39,841 bases of DNA, from the IMG/VR virus record IMGVR_UViG_3300042260_000241; one strand, given 5' to 3'. Within the stretch, counting starts at the first letter, position 1; each line of letters starts with the position of its first letter. The notes below the pieces were generated by a model, which saw only the letters and a list, made by a program, of their open reading frames with translations, was not told the origin of the DNA and ran no database searches. The position numbers were made by a program, and so were the translations under genes. This document shows, piece after piece, positions 13,772 through 23,681 of the stretch. This DNA is from a virus (Duplodnaviria > Heunggongvirae > Uroviricota > Caudoviricetes).

Positions 13772-16246
13772 ATGTTATACATTGGTGTTATAGAAGATCG
13801 TAATGATCCTTTAAAATTAGGACGTTGTAAAGTACGTGTCATAGGTTTACATACTCATGACACAAACCAATTGCCAACTGCAGATTTGCCTTGGGCTGTT
13901 CCAATGCAACCTATTACGTCTGCTGCAATTTCTGGTATAGGCACAACACCACTAGGTCTCGTTGAAGGTACACACGTTATTGTAATGTACCAGGATGAAG
14001 ATAATCAGTGCCCGGTTATACTCGGTTCTATAGGCGGAATTCCACAAAGTACATCAAATGATATCACTACAGATGATAGTACTATTAACATTAAAATTGA
14101 TGGCGAATTAAAACAATCTAACACACAGTCTAATGTATTATTAGATGGATCTGGAAATGCAGTAACAGATGGATCTGGCAATCCTGTAACGACTGCACAA
14201 GAAGAACCGGTTTTAGAAAATACAAATAGATTAAAGAGAGCTGTAGAGTTTACACCAAGTACGGCATGTGTTTCTTTAATTAAAAGATTTGAAGGTCTTC
14301 GTTTAAAGGCATATCAGGATTCTGTTGGTGTTTGGACTATTGGGTATGGTACAACACTCATTAATGGAATTGCAGTTCAACCTAGTATGGTTATAACTGA
14401 AGCGCAAGCTAATGAATATCTTTTATCAGATCTTTCTACTAAGTTTGTTCCAAGTATTCAAAGAAATACGCGTGCATTAATCACACAATCAATGTTTGAC
14501 GCGTTGTGTTGTTTTACGTATAATGTTGGACAGGGGAATCTTAATAAGTCTACTCTTCTAAAAGATTTAAATGCAAGTAAGTATCTTGACGCAGCTGCTG
14601 GATTTATGCAGTGGACTAAGGCCGGTGGAAAAGAATTAGTTGGACTAGTAAAACGTCGTAGTGCTGAAAAAGATTTATTCCTTGCTGATGGCATTCCAAA
14701 TATTGCAGGTGAGTTGCCAGAGCAACCGACTACTTCAAATAATGCCGCAGTACAAAATAATCCTGATTCCAATGAAGTGGCAACTCAGTCTTCAACGAGT
14801 ACTGTGGGATTTGCTGATCCGAATAGAAAGTATCCATTATATTTTAATGAACCAGATACTAATAGATTAGCTCGTCATGAAGAAATCAACAAGACTATTG
14901 TTTACAAAAAAGAGGCTGCACAATTAAAAGGTGTGCAAAGCGCTGATGGATTTACATGGGATCAACCACCTATTCCGTATAATGCGCAATATCCATTTAA
15001 TCATGTAATGCAAACTGAATCAGGACATGTTTTAGAATTCGATGATACGCCAAATAGTGAACGTGTTCATATTTATCATCGCTCTGGTACTTTCAGCGAA
15101 ATAGATGCAAATGGTACGCGAGTAAACAGAATTATTGGAGATGGTTACGAAATTCTTGAAAGAAATGGTTATGTTCAAGTAAATGGTTCATTAAACGTAA
15201 CAATTGATGGCGCAAACAATCTATACGTAAAGAACGCATTAAACATCAACGTCGATGGCGTTACAACTATCAATGTAAAGAATGATGCACACGTAAACGT
15301 AAGTGGGAATATGAACCTAGCTGTTGGCGAATCTTTAGCAATAAAAGCTACTTCAATATTGATGGAAGCCGAAACGTTTGATCTTAAAACATCTGGTAAT
15401 TGTACCATTGATGCAGGTGGAGATGCAAGTATTAATGCTTCTGCGAATGCAAAACTAGATGGCGCACAAGTTCATCTTGGTATGGGTGCAAATGCAGCAA
15501 ATACTACAGGTCTTGATATTCCAGGAGATAAACAATCTCCAGAAATGCCAGACTTTGGTAAACTTACAGTTATAACACGAGGCGCTTCGGCTGCTGGACA
15601 TTATGAAACTCCTGAAGAAGGTGATTCAACTGCGTACACACAAAAACAAATTAATAGTGGTGCAATAAAGAAAGAAGAAATGAATAGTGGAAATATGCAA
15701 GAAACAGTGCAGGCACCGCCATCACCTATTCCAAGTGGTCCAAAATCGTGTGATGCGATTATGATGAAGAGTACATTTGAACCATCGTTTGCATTATCTA
15801 AAAACTTTACTTTAGGTGCACTAACTAAAAATGGAAGTAGACCCGTTGTTGAACAACAAGGTCTAAAAGTTCAAGAAATTGTTTGTAACCTAAAAGGTCT
15901 TGTAGAAAATTGTTTAGAACCTATAAGAAACTTATATCCTAACATGGTTATAACTTCTGGATTTAGACGTCCCGGTGATGTTGCAAAATCATCTAAAACA
16001 TCAGATCATTATTTAGGTTGCGCTGCAGATATCGTAATTCCTAACTTAGATAGACAAGGACACTTTGAAGCAATCAGTAAAATTCAACAACTTATTCCAT
16101 ATGATCAACTCCTATTAGAATATCAAGGATCTAATACTGTATGGATTCACGTTTCATTTAAATATACAAATGTAAAGAAACAAATATTCACTATGCGTGA
16201 TCATAAGAGAATTAGTGATTTTGGACAATTCGTATTGGTAGCATAA
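13772..16246 (+). CDS. gp5: baseplate central spike, gp5-like: OB-fold, GH24 lysozyme, beta-helix and C-terminal M15-type zinc peptidase
   Basis: GVIEDRNDPLKLGRCKVRVIGLH...LPWA; FEGLRLKAYQDSVGVWTIGYG (E-X8-D-X5-T); YPFNHV..TESGHVLEFDDTP..ERVH.YH.SGTF; SGFR...SDH..GCAAD...WIHVS. Confidence 0.93.
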   Translation: MLYIGVIEDRNDPLKLGRCKVRVIGLHTHDTNQLPTADLPWAVPMQPITSAAISGIGTTPLGLVEGTHVIVMYQDEDNQCPVILGSIGGIPQSTSNDITTDDSTINIKIDGELKQSNTQSNVLLDGSGNAVTDGSGNPVTTAQEEPVLENTNRLKRAVEFTPSTACVSLIKRFEGLRLKAYQDSVGVWTIGYGTTLINGIAVQPSMVITEAQANEYLLSDLSTKFVPSIQRNTRALITQSMFDALCCFTYNVGQGNLNKSTLLKDLNASKYLDAAAGFMQWTKAGGKELVGLVKRRSAEKDLFLADGIPNIAGELPEQPTTSNNAAVQNNPDSNEVATQSSTSTVGFADPNRKYPLYFNEPDTNRLARHEEINKTIVYKKEAAQLKGVQSADGFTWDQPPIPYNAQYPFNHVMQTESGHVLEFDDTPNSERVHIYHRSGTFSEIDANGTRVNRIIGDGYEILERNGYVQVNGSLNVTIDGANNLYVKNALNINVDGVTTINVKNDAHVNVSGNMNLAVGESLAIKATSILMEAETFDLKTSGNCTIDAGGDASINASANAKLDGAQVHLGMGANAANTTGLDIPGDKQSPEMPDFGKLTVITRGASAAGHYETPEEGDSTAYTQKQINSGAIKKEEMNSGNMQETVQAPPSPIPSGPKSCDAIMMKSTFEPSFALSKNFTLGALTKNGSRPVVEQQGLKVQEIVCNLKGLVENCLEPIRNLYPNMVITSGFRRPGDVAKSSKTSDHYLGCAADIVIPNLDRQGHFEAISKIQQLIPYDQLLLEYQGSNTVWIHVSFKYTNVKKQIFTMRDHKRISDFGQFVLVA

Positions 16247-16247
16247 T

Positions 16248-16562
16248 ATGCCTCAAGTAGCAAGATCTGGTGGTGTTGATACAGTTTCATCACCACATGG
16301 AACTGGAAAAAACTGTAATTCACCAACCACACAAGCAACAGATCAGGGTGTTTCAAAAGTATATGTAGAAAATATTTTAGCAATTCACATTGGTAATACT
16401 ATGCAAGAACATCCTGCACCAGGCTGTGTTCCTCATGCTCCATCTTTAGATTCTGCGTCTATTAAAGTACTCTGTGAAGGTTCTGGAATTGCTAGAGTTG
16501 GGGATACTTACGAAACAGTTCATATTATAACAACAGGATCGTCTAAAGTATTCGCTGGATAA
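16248..16562 (+). CDS. PAAR-type spike tip protein, gp5.4-like
   Basis: VAR...D, His/Cys metal ligands, IARVGD, TGSSKVFAG; between gp5 and gp25. Confidence 0.85.
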   Translation: MPQVARSGGVDTVSSPHGTGKNCNSPTTQATDQGVSKVYVENILAIHIGNTMQEHPAPGCVPHAPSLDSASIKVLCEGSGIARVGDTYETVHIITTGSSKVFAG

Positions 16563-16576
16563 GAATAAATAAACAT

Positions 16577-16969
16577 ATGGCTAAAAATACTCGCACCTTT
16601 TCAGATATTGACATGGCGTTCTTACCGAATCCCGTGTCAAAGGACATTTCTCGCAAATATGATGAGAATTCTATAAAGCAGTCTATAAAAAATTTAGTAA
16701 TGACAAAAAACTTTGAGAGACCGTTCCATAGTGATATTGGTTCTCAAATTTCAGCCCTATTGTTTGAGCCAATTACACCAATGCTTGGTGCGGTAATAAA
16801 GAAAACAATAATCAACGTTATTAACACATATGAGCCAAGGGCGAATTTATTAGACGTATCTGTATTATTAAGCCCAGACAATAATGGAGTCTATGTTACC
16901 ATAGTTTTTGCAATTGTCAATACAAGTACACCAATAAGCGTTGACTTATTCCTAGAAAGAACTCGATAA
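16577..16969 (+). CDS. gp25: baseplate wedge subunit, gp25-like
   Basis: FSDID..F..NPV..DI, SIKQSIKNL..T...ERPF, LLFEP, YEPR, LERTR. AATAAATA at 16564-16571. Confidence 0.93.
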   Translation: MAKNTRTFSDIDMAFLPNPVSKDISRKYDENSIKQSIKNLVMTKNFERPFHSDIGSQISALLFEPITPMLGAVIKKTIINVINTYEPRANLLDVSVLLSPDNNGVYVTIVFAIVNTSTPISVDLFLERTR

Positions 16970-18777
16970 TGGCTAACAATAAAATAAACGTTTCTGATTT
17001 AGACTTTGATCTAATTAAGTCTAGTTTGAAAGATTTCCTTAAGAGCCAAGACCAATTTACTGATTATGATTTTGATGGTTCTGGTTTAAATATTCTTTTA
17101 GACGTATTGGCATATAATACACACTATAACGCAATGTACACAAACCTTGCAGTGAACGAGATGTTCTTAGATTCCGCAAGTAAGCGTGACAGTGTCATAT
17201 CAATTGCCAATAATTATGGATATGTTCCAATTTCACGTACTGCGTCAAGAGCAAATCTATCAATGACAGTTCCAATTGGAAGCAATACATCAGGAACTTT
17301 GTCATTACCAAAGTTCAGTGCATTTACATCTACTATTTCGGGCGTTGAATATTCTTTCTATACGATCACTGAAACTATAGGTCTACGTAATGAATCTACA
17401 TCGTTGTATGAATTTTCTTCTATAGACATATATGAAGGAAAACCTGTAACTGAAAGATTTAATTTATTAGAAAACGTAAAGATCATACTTCAAAATAAGA
17501 ACATAGACATTAATACTATTAAGGTTAGTGTTAAGAATCCTACATCTTTAAACACAACTCCATACAAATATTCTGAAAAGGTTGTTGGATTGAGTTCTAC
17601 AAGTGAAGTGTTCTTTATTCGTGAAATCGAAGGTGAACAGTATCAAATTTATTTCGGTAAAGATAACTTGGGTAAAGAACCAGAACTAGGTTCAGTGATC
17701 ATTGTTGAGTATATCGTTACTAACGGTTCTGCTGCAAATGGCATTAAGATCTTTACTTATAGTGGGCCAAGCTATGGCGAATCACCTACTATCACAGTCA
17801 ATAAAACTGCGTATGGTGGAAGAGAAGCTGAAACCGTTGACGAAATAAAATATAATGTTTCTCACAAGTATAAAGTTCAAGATAGAGCAGTTACTGCACA
17901 AGATTATGCAGATATAATTAGAACGAGTTATCCTGACATTGATTCTATTGCATGTTGGGGTGGTGATACTATGAACCCTCCAATTTATGGAAAGGTTTAT
18001 ATTTGTATCAAACCTCAGTCTAGTTTATTTTTAACACAGTCTGAGAAGAATTCTATTGTTGAAGATATTATTAAGCCTAAGGCAATACTTGGGATTTTCC
18101 CAACATTAGTAGATCCAATTTATAACACCGTTGCAGTAGAAACAACTGTGTATTATAATCCTAACTTGACTAACAAATCTTCATCGCAAATTGAACAAAT
18201 TGTTCGTCAAGCAATCTTAGAATATAATGACATTAACTTACAGAAATTTGATGGAATATTACGTTATTCTAGATTGATACGTAATATAGATGATGCCGAC
18301 ACATCTATCATAAATAATATAACAACTATAACATTACGTAGATCTATTAGTACTGTTTTCAATCTTGCAACCAGTTATACGATTCAATTAAACAACGCTG
18401 TGTATAAATCTGGTGTTGCTGAAGAATCAATTATGACTACTGGTTTTTATATCAATGATTCGCAAACTATACATTATATTGACGATGATGGCGCAGGCAA
18501 GTTAAGATTATTTTATTACAGCCCATTAGATTATACAAAAGTGTTTGTAAATAGATCTATAGGCACTGTAAATTATGATACTGGTGAAGTCAAAATTAAT
18601 TCATTGTTTGTATCAGGTCTTGCTGAATCTGATTTTGAATTAATTGTTAAAACTCAGTCAAATGACATCATTGGTAAACACAATCAGATCGTTAACATCG
18701 AGGCTATGCATCTTAAGATTAACGTCATTCAAGAAACAACACCAAATACTCATATAGCTTCTTCCAGTAGAACATAA
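16969..18777 (+). CDS. gp6: baseplate wedge subunit, gp6-like
   Basis: LDFD.IK.SLK.FL..Q..FTDYDFDGSGLNILLDVLAYNTHYNA, FLDSA..RDSV, QDRAVTAQDY, WGG....PP.YGKVYI.IKP. Confidence 0.95.
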   Translation: MANNKINVSDLDFDLIKSSLKDFLKSQDQFTDYDFDGSGLNILLDVLAYNTHYNAMYTNLAVNEMFLDSASKRDSVISIANNYGYVPISRTASRANLSMTVPIGSNTSGTLSLPKFSAFTSTISGVEYSFYTITETIGLRNESTSLYEFSSIDIYEGKPVTERFNLLENVKIILQNKNIDINTIKVSVKNPTSLNTTPYKYSEKVVGLSSTSEVFFIREIEGEQYQIYFGKDNLGKEPELGSVIIVEYIVTNGSAANGIKIFTYSGPSYGESPTITVNKTAYGGREAETVDEIKYNVSHKYKVQDRAVTAQDYADIIRTSYPDIDSIACWGGDTMNPPIYGKVYICIKPQSSLFLTQSEKNSIVEDIIKPKAILGIFPTLVDPIYNTVAVETTVYYNPNLTNKSSSQIEQIVRQAILEYNDINLQKFDGILRYSRLIRNIDDADTSIINNITTITLRRSISTVFNLATSYTIQLNNAVYKSGVAEESIMTTGFYINDSQTIHYIDDDGAGKLRLFYYSPLDYTKVFVNRSIGTVNYDTGEVKINSLFVSGLAESDFELIVKTQSNDIIGKHNQIVNIEAMHLKINVIQETTPNTHIASSSRT

Positions 18778-20858
18778 TGAATAAGACTCCAATCACCGTT
18801 GCTTTAGAACGTCAAATCCCCGAATATGTAAGGGGCGAATACGAGTTATTCGTAAAATTCATAAAAGCATATTATGAATTTCTTGATCAAACACAACAGC
18901 GTAATTTAGAAGATATTCGTTCTATCGAAAACACACTTGAAGAATTTGTAATTCGATTTAAGAAAGAACTTTCTGTATTATTTCCTACTAATACGTTAGC
19001 CAATGAAAGATTCATACTTCAAAGAATACGCGAATTCTATCAATCAAGAGGTTCTAAAGAGTCTTATCAATTCTTGTTTAGAATTCTATTTAATAAAGAT
19101 TCTGAAGTTTTTTATCCATCGACACAAATATTGCGTGCATCAGATGGTAAATGGATTCAAGAAAAGTCAGTATTTGTAGAAATAAAATCCGGTGATATGT
19201 TTAATCTCACCGGTAAAATCATTACGATTGAAACGCAGCATAAACATGTTTATGTGTTTAGTCCTCGTGTTGTTTATTATAGAAACAATGTCTATGAAGT
19301 TTTCATAGATCGTGCATATGTGCAAGATATTAGTATTGGTGATGTTGTACGATCAGAAGATGGAAGCGATTTAGGCAATATTATACCATGTCCAAATAAG
19401 TACACAATTACGACAGAAGGCGCTGGATTTGAAGTTGGTCAATTGTTTTATTTAAAAACAAATTCAGGCGATGGTTCTTTAATTAAAGTTACTAAAATTG
19501 GAACTGGCGGATCTATTAAAAAGATTCAGATCATTTCGTTTGGATTAGATTATGAATCAACATATTACGCAAAATTAAGTAATAAACAGGCTGTTGCTGT
19601 TCCTTATTTGCATCCAGTCCCAGGACCATATCCAGATGGAATAAATGGATTTGTCGATTTTGGTTATATCAACAAACAAGATTATTTCTATTTTGATGAA
19701 TTCTATCAACCGACCGTTGCAAACAATCAGAATGTATTTTATGCTGATGGCACTTATGTTGGTGATATTATTGCTTCGTTCTATACAAATGCAAGTAACA
19801 CTAACGTAATTGATAATGACACTGCTGAAATTAAAATTGAATTGGGTGCTGTTGCAACATATCCTGGATATTACGCAGCATCAGACGGTTTTATTTCTGA
19901 TGAATCGTATATCCAAGATGGCAAATACTATCAATTGTTCTCTTATGTAATTCGAGTAGAACAACAAATTGATTCGTATATTGAAATAGTTAAACAGTTA
20001 TTGCATCCTGCGGGTATGGAATTGTATGCAGAATATAACATTAAGAATGATTATTTAGTTTCTGCAAGTCCATTGTTAGCATTTATCCGTCGTCAATTCT
20101 TAGAACAAGAATTCGTAACAGACGACGAAGGAACTAATGAAGTTTATAAGGTAGAATCTGATTCCATTGAATCTATTCATACTGATAGACAAGACATTAA
20201 AGATGTAATAGCACCAAAAGCTGATAGTGTTTCTCAACCAGATTTCAATTATTACGATGATGATAAAGTCATTTCACTACTAGACTCTATCGTAAATTCA
20301 TTAGATGATAGATTCAATGATATTCATCAATTAAAAAGTGATGATATATCTACGACAGAAAATGTAATAGATGCGTTTACTCTCGGTGTTGTTGCAGAAT
20401 TTATTATTCCAGTAGAAAGCGGAAAGAATTGGCAGTTTTCTGGTAATACATGGAAAGATAATGTTAGTGCAATAGATGATAATGTAATACCAGAAAAGCT
20501 TCCATACTACATGGACGCAATTTATCTATCGCCATATTATTCTGGAGGAGTTCAGTATGGTGATGCGGACGTATTTAATCAAACAGTAACGTATTATCGT
20601 GTTGGAACAGATACAGTATCAACTGAAGAATCTGGAAAAACATGGGGTTGGAGTGGTAACACTTTTAATCAATATGTTAGTTCAGTAGATGGAGTACCAA
20701 TCCGTTCTAAAAACAAACTCCTATCCGAAACAATAAATAATACAAACACAGGAAGTTTGTATTTTAATGCGTATAGTCAAGATTCTTCGGATCCTTTAAG
20801 CACATATTCATATGAAGCTGAAACGTATTCGGAGCATACAATAAGAGCAATCTCTTAA
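18777..20858 (+). CDS. baseplate wedge initiator, gp7-like
   Basis: QIPEYVR..Y..FV.FIKAYYEFL, FYQSRGS.ESY.FLFRILF, LRASDGKW, IQDGKYYQLFSYVI, LLHPAG; follows gp6. Confidence 0.78.
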   Translation: MNKTPITVALERQIPEYVRGEYELFVKFIKAYYEFLDQTQQRNLEDIRSIENTLEEFVIRFKKELSVLFPTNTLANERFILQRIREFYQSRGSKESYQFLFRILFNKDSEVFYPSTQILRASDGKWIQEKSVFVEIKSGDMFNLTGKIITIETQHKHVYVFSPRVVYYRNNVYEVFIDRAYVQDISIGDVVRSEDGSDLGNIIPCPNKYTITTEGAGFEVGQLFYLKTNSGDGSLIKVTKIGTGGSIKKIQIISFGLDYESTYYAKLSNKQAVAVPYLHPVPGPYPDGINGFVDFGYINKQDYFYFDEFYQPTVANNQNVFYADGTYVGDIIASFYTNASNTNVIDNDTAEIKIELGAVATYPGYYAASDGFISDESYIQDGKYYQLFSYVIRVEQQIDSYIEIVKQLLHPAGMELYAEYNIKNDYLVSASPLLAFIRRQFLEQEFVTDDEGTNEVYKVESDSIESIHTDRQDIKDVIAPKADSVSQPDFNYYDDDKVISLLDSIVNSLDDRFNDIHQLKSDDISTTENVIDAFTLGVVAEFIIPVESGKNWQFSGNTWKDNVSAIDDNVIPEKLPYYMDAIYLSPYYSGGVQYGDADVFNQTVTYYRVGTDTVSTEESGKTWGWSGNTFNQYVSSVDGVPIRSKNKLLSETINNTNTGSLYFNAYSQDSSDPLSTYSYEAETYSEHTIRAIS

Positions 20859-20873
20859 AATAAAGGTAAAACT

Positions 20874-21407
20874 ATGATTTCAATTCCACAATTTTCTAAC
20901 ATCATTGAGTTAGGCGGTACGTTGGCAATTGCTCACTTTGGTCCAAATGGTGAGTTGCTAGAAGATCGTTTCTACTCTAACATTGTTGTTACTGTCGGTA
21001 AGCAATGGATTGCACAGCGTATGAAAGATACTGCTGCTTCTCCATCGCACACTATCCCAGCTCAAATGTCTCACATGGCAGTTGGTGGTAATGCCACAGT
21101 TGGTTCCAACCCATCTAAAACAACTCCAGTTGTTGGCGATATTCAACTTACTACTGGTGGTTCTCCAGCGCTTTCCGAATTGGCACGTGTTGGTTTGACT
21201 ACTGCAGGTGGTACAGTTTCTGGTGCTGTTGTTACTTATGCTGCAACTTTCGCAGCAGGTACTGGTACTGGTTCCTTGGTTGAAGCAGGTATCTTTAACA
21301 GCGCAACTGCTGCTGCAGGTACAATGTTATGTAAGACTTCTTTCGACGTCGTTAACAAAGCTGCTAACGACTCTATCGCTATTACTTGGACTGTAACTAT
21401 TCAGTAA
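20874..21407 (+). CDS. virion structural protein (baseplate/fibre attachment type)
   Basis: NIVVTVGK..IA, HMAVG, EAGIFN, VVNK...DSI.ITWTVTI; between the gp7-like gene and gp8. Confidence 0.7.
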   Translation: MISIPQFSNIIELGGTLAIAHFGPNGELLEDRFYSNIVVTVGKQWIAQRMKDTAASPSHTIPAQMSHMAVGGNATVGSNPSKTTPVVGDIQLTTGGSPALSELARVGLTTAGGTVSGAVVTYAATFAAGTGTGSLVEAGIFNSATAAAGTMLCKTSFDVVNKAANDSIAITWTVTIQ

Positions 21408-21414
21408 TTAAACA

Positions 21415-23619
21415 ATGGCAACCTCGCTACTTAAATTCTCACTGAAGACCAACTTAGTTAAGTCGGTAATTTCAGAAATCGTATCAAATATCAGTAGATA
21501 TTATTACGTCTATTGTCATCCTGGTGCATGGACAAATGAGTCCACACCAGAACAAGTGTCTGATTCTTTCGAGTATGAAAACAATACTCGAAACGAAGCA
21601 GTACTGTATAAACAAATTGACGCAAACGATATCTGCGCCGTGATCCCAAGACACAATTGGGTGGCCGGCTATACGTTTGATATGTATGGTGAATATAGTG
21701 GCGATAACCCTGCATTCTCTGGGGCTACTGCTTTAGAGAATGCAGAGTTTTACTGTCTTACAGATGATTATAACGTATATAAGTGTTTATACAATAATAA
21801 CAATAAGCCTTCATCAGTAAGACCAACTGGTACTTCAACAGTGCCAATCGAATTAGACGATGGATATATCTGGAAGTATATGTATACTGTTCCGTTATCT
21901 GTTCGTAATAAATTCCTTACTAATACAACGATGCCAGTTGTTACTGCATTGTCAAACCAATTTTATTCTAAGGGTTCTATCGTTTCATATACTATTGAAA
22001 ACCCTGGAAAGAAATATCCAGTTACAACATATAAGATAACTGGATTTAGAATTATTGATGGTGGTTCTGGTTACAGTTCAACACCATCTATTACAATATC
22101 TAACCCAGACCAAAGTGGTGGAGTCCCAGCAACAGTTAATACTATCACATTGAGTGGAGGTCAGATTGTTGCTATCTCAATGGACGAAGAAGGTTCTGGT
22201 TATTCATATCCTCCTGTCGTAACAGTTTCTGGTGGTGGAGCTTCGCGTCAAGCAACTTTAGAACCAATTGTCCAAAGACTAAGTTCTGTATACACGACGT
22301 TGTCTGTTACAGGCGATGGTTATCTAGAAGAAAATCCATACCAAGTTCAGTCTGTATCAGTTGTGTCTGCTGGCACTGGTTATGCAACAGTAGATTTATT
22401 ATTCACAGATCCTGATCTTCCAAATGGTGTTAAGGCTGTAGTGTCTGGTATCATCACAAATGGCCAGGTTACGGGTTTCACTGTCACAAATCCTGGTTAT
22501 GGTTATTCTAAACCATTCTATTCTATATTGCAGGATCCGAATGCATCTAACATTGTGCTTGTTCAAGCAACATCATTACCCGGACAGACTGCATCTGGTT
22601 TAACATTCCGTGTCAATACGAAGAAAAATGAAGCAGAACTAATGCCAATTATCAATGCTAATGGTGAAATTGAAGCAGTTCAAATCACTAAACCGGGTAT
22701 AGGATATACATATGCATTGGTCACAGTTGACACTTCATTAGATAAAGAAAATACTGTTGATTTTGAAGAAGCATCTATTTTGTTAAACTTTGGCATTGGT
22801 GATATTGAATCACGTCAATCGACTGTTGAATTAACTTCTGTTGACGGAGCAATTCATGTTATTGGTATTGTAGATGCAGGGTTTGGTTATACATCTCCAC
22901 CTACAGTTGAAATTTCTGGCGATGGCGAAGGATGTACAGCTGTAGCACATCTTACTACAACAGGTTCTATCGATAGGATCGAAGTTACAAACATTGGTTA
23001 TAATTATACTAAAGCAACTGTAACTTTAGTCGGTGCTGCAGCATCACCGGCCGTAGCACAGGCAATTATTTCACCAAAAGGTGGTCATGGTAAAGATGCT
23101 ATCGGTGAACTATATGCAAAGACATTGGTGTTTCACGGTAATCTTTCTAAAGAAAAGAACAAGGGTTTTGTTTCTACAAACGATTATAGACAAGTTTGTA
23201 TTGTTAAGAATCCAAAGATTTATGGAAAATCCACTAATTTACGTTCTGCGATTGCATCTACATGTTTAGTAGCAATTGGTACTTCGGGTCAAGGTGGTTT
23301 TTCTCTAATTAACATTGATGATGTCTTAACATGGACTGATACTACTGTTACTCCAAATAGATCATATACTTTTAGAGTTATTGAAAAGAATAATGAATAT
23401 TCTGCAACAGAATCAGCATTATTGTTGTCATATTTAGATAATAAGATTCCAGACTCGGGAGCAACGTTTGGTAAAGTTGGTGCAGTATTTAACACCACTA
23501 ATATCATTCTTCCAGACGTAAATAAATTCTCTGGTGATCTATTAACAATTGACAATAGATTAAAATTCTCACCATCTACACAGCAGATCGTCGTAGTAAC
23601 TAACTCTATTACGTTCTAA
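21415..23619 (+). CDS. gp8: baseplate wedge subunit, gp8-like, expanded by internal repeats
   Basis: VIPR.NW..G..FDMY, FY..TDDYNVYKCL.N, DGYIWKYMYT, IISPKGGHG.D...EL, NDYRQV.IVKNP, SGDLL.IDNR. Confidence 0.85.
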   Translation: MATSLLKFSLKTNLVKSVISEIVSNISRYYYVYCHPGAWTNESTPEQVSDSFEYENNTRNEAVLYKQIDANDICAVIPRHNWVAGYTFDMYGEYSGDNPAFSGATALENAEFYCLTDDYNVYKCLYNNNNKPSSVRPTGTSTVPIELDDGYIWKYMYTVPLSVRNKFLTNTTMPVVTALSNQFYSKGSIVSYTIENPGKKYPVTTYKITGFRIIDGGSGYSSTPSITISNPDQSGGVPATVNTITLSGGQIVAISMDEEGSGYSYPPVVTVSGGGASRQATLEPIVQRLSSVYTTLSVTGDGYLEENPYQVQSVSVVSAGTGYATVDLLFTDPDLPNGVKAVVSGIITNGQVTGFTVTNPGYGYSKPFYSILQDPNASNIVLVQATSLPGQTASGLTFRVNTKKNEAELMPIINANGEIEAVQITKPGIGYTYALVTVDTSLDKENTVDFEEASILLNFGIGDIESRQSTVELTSVDGAIHVIGIVDAGFGYTSPPTVEISGDGEGCTAVAHLTTTGSIDRIEVTNIGYNYTKATVTLVGAAASPAVAQAIISPKGGHGKDAIGELYAKTLVFHGNLSKEKNKGFVSTNDYRQVCIVKNPKIYGKSTNLRSAIASTCLVAIGTSGQGGFSLINIDDVLTWTDTTVTPNRSYTFRVIEKNNEYSATESALLLSYLDNKIPDSGATFGKVGAVFNTTNIILPDVNKFSGDLLTIDNRLKFSPSTQQIVVVTNSITF

Positions 23620-23681
23620 TAACTCAGATAAATATATTAATCTAGAAGATGCTAGGTTAATCAAATCACAAAGAGAAAAGT

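Noticed and set aside
14144-14190. Tandem 24-nt repeat in gp5 (DGSGNAVT/DGSGNPVT)
   Set aside because: It is a two-copy in-frame linker duplication with no sign of a separate function.
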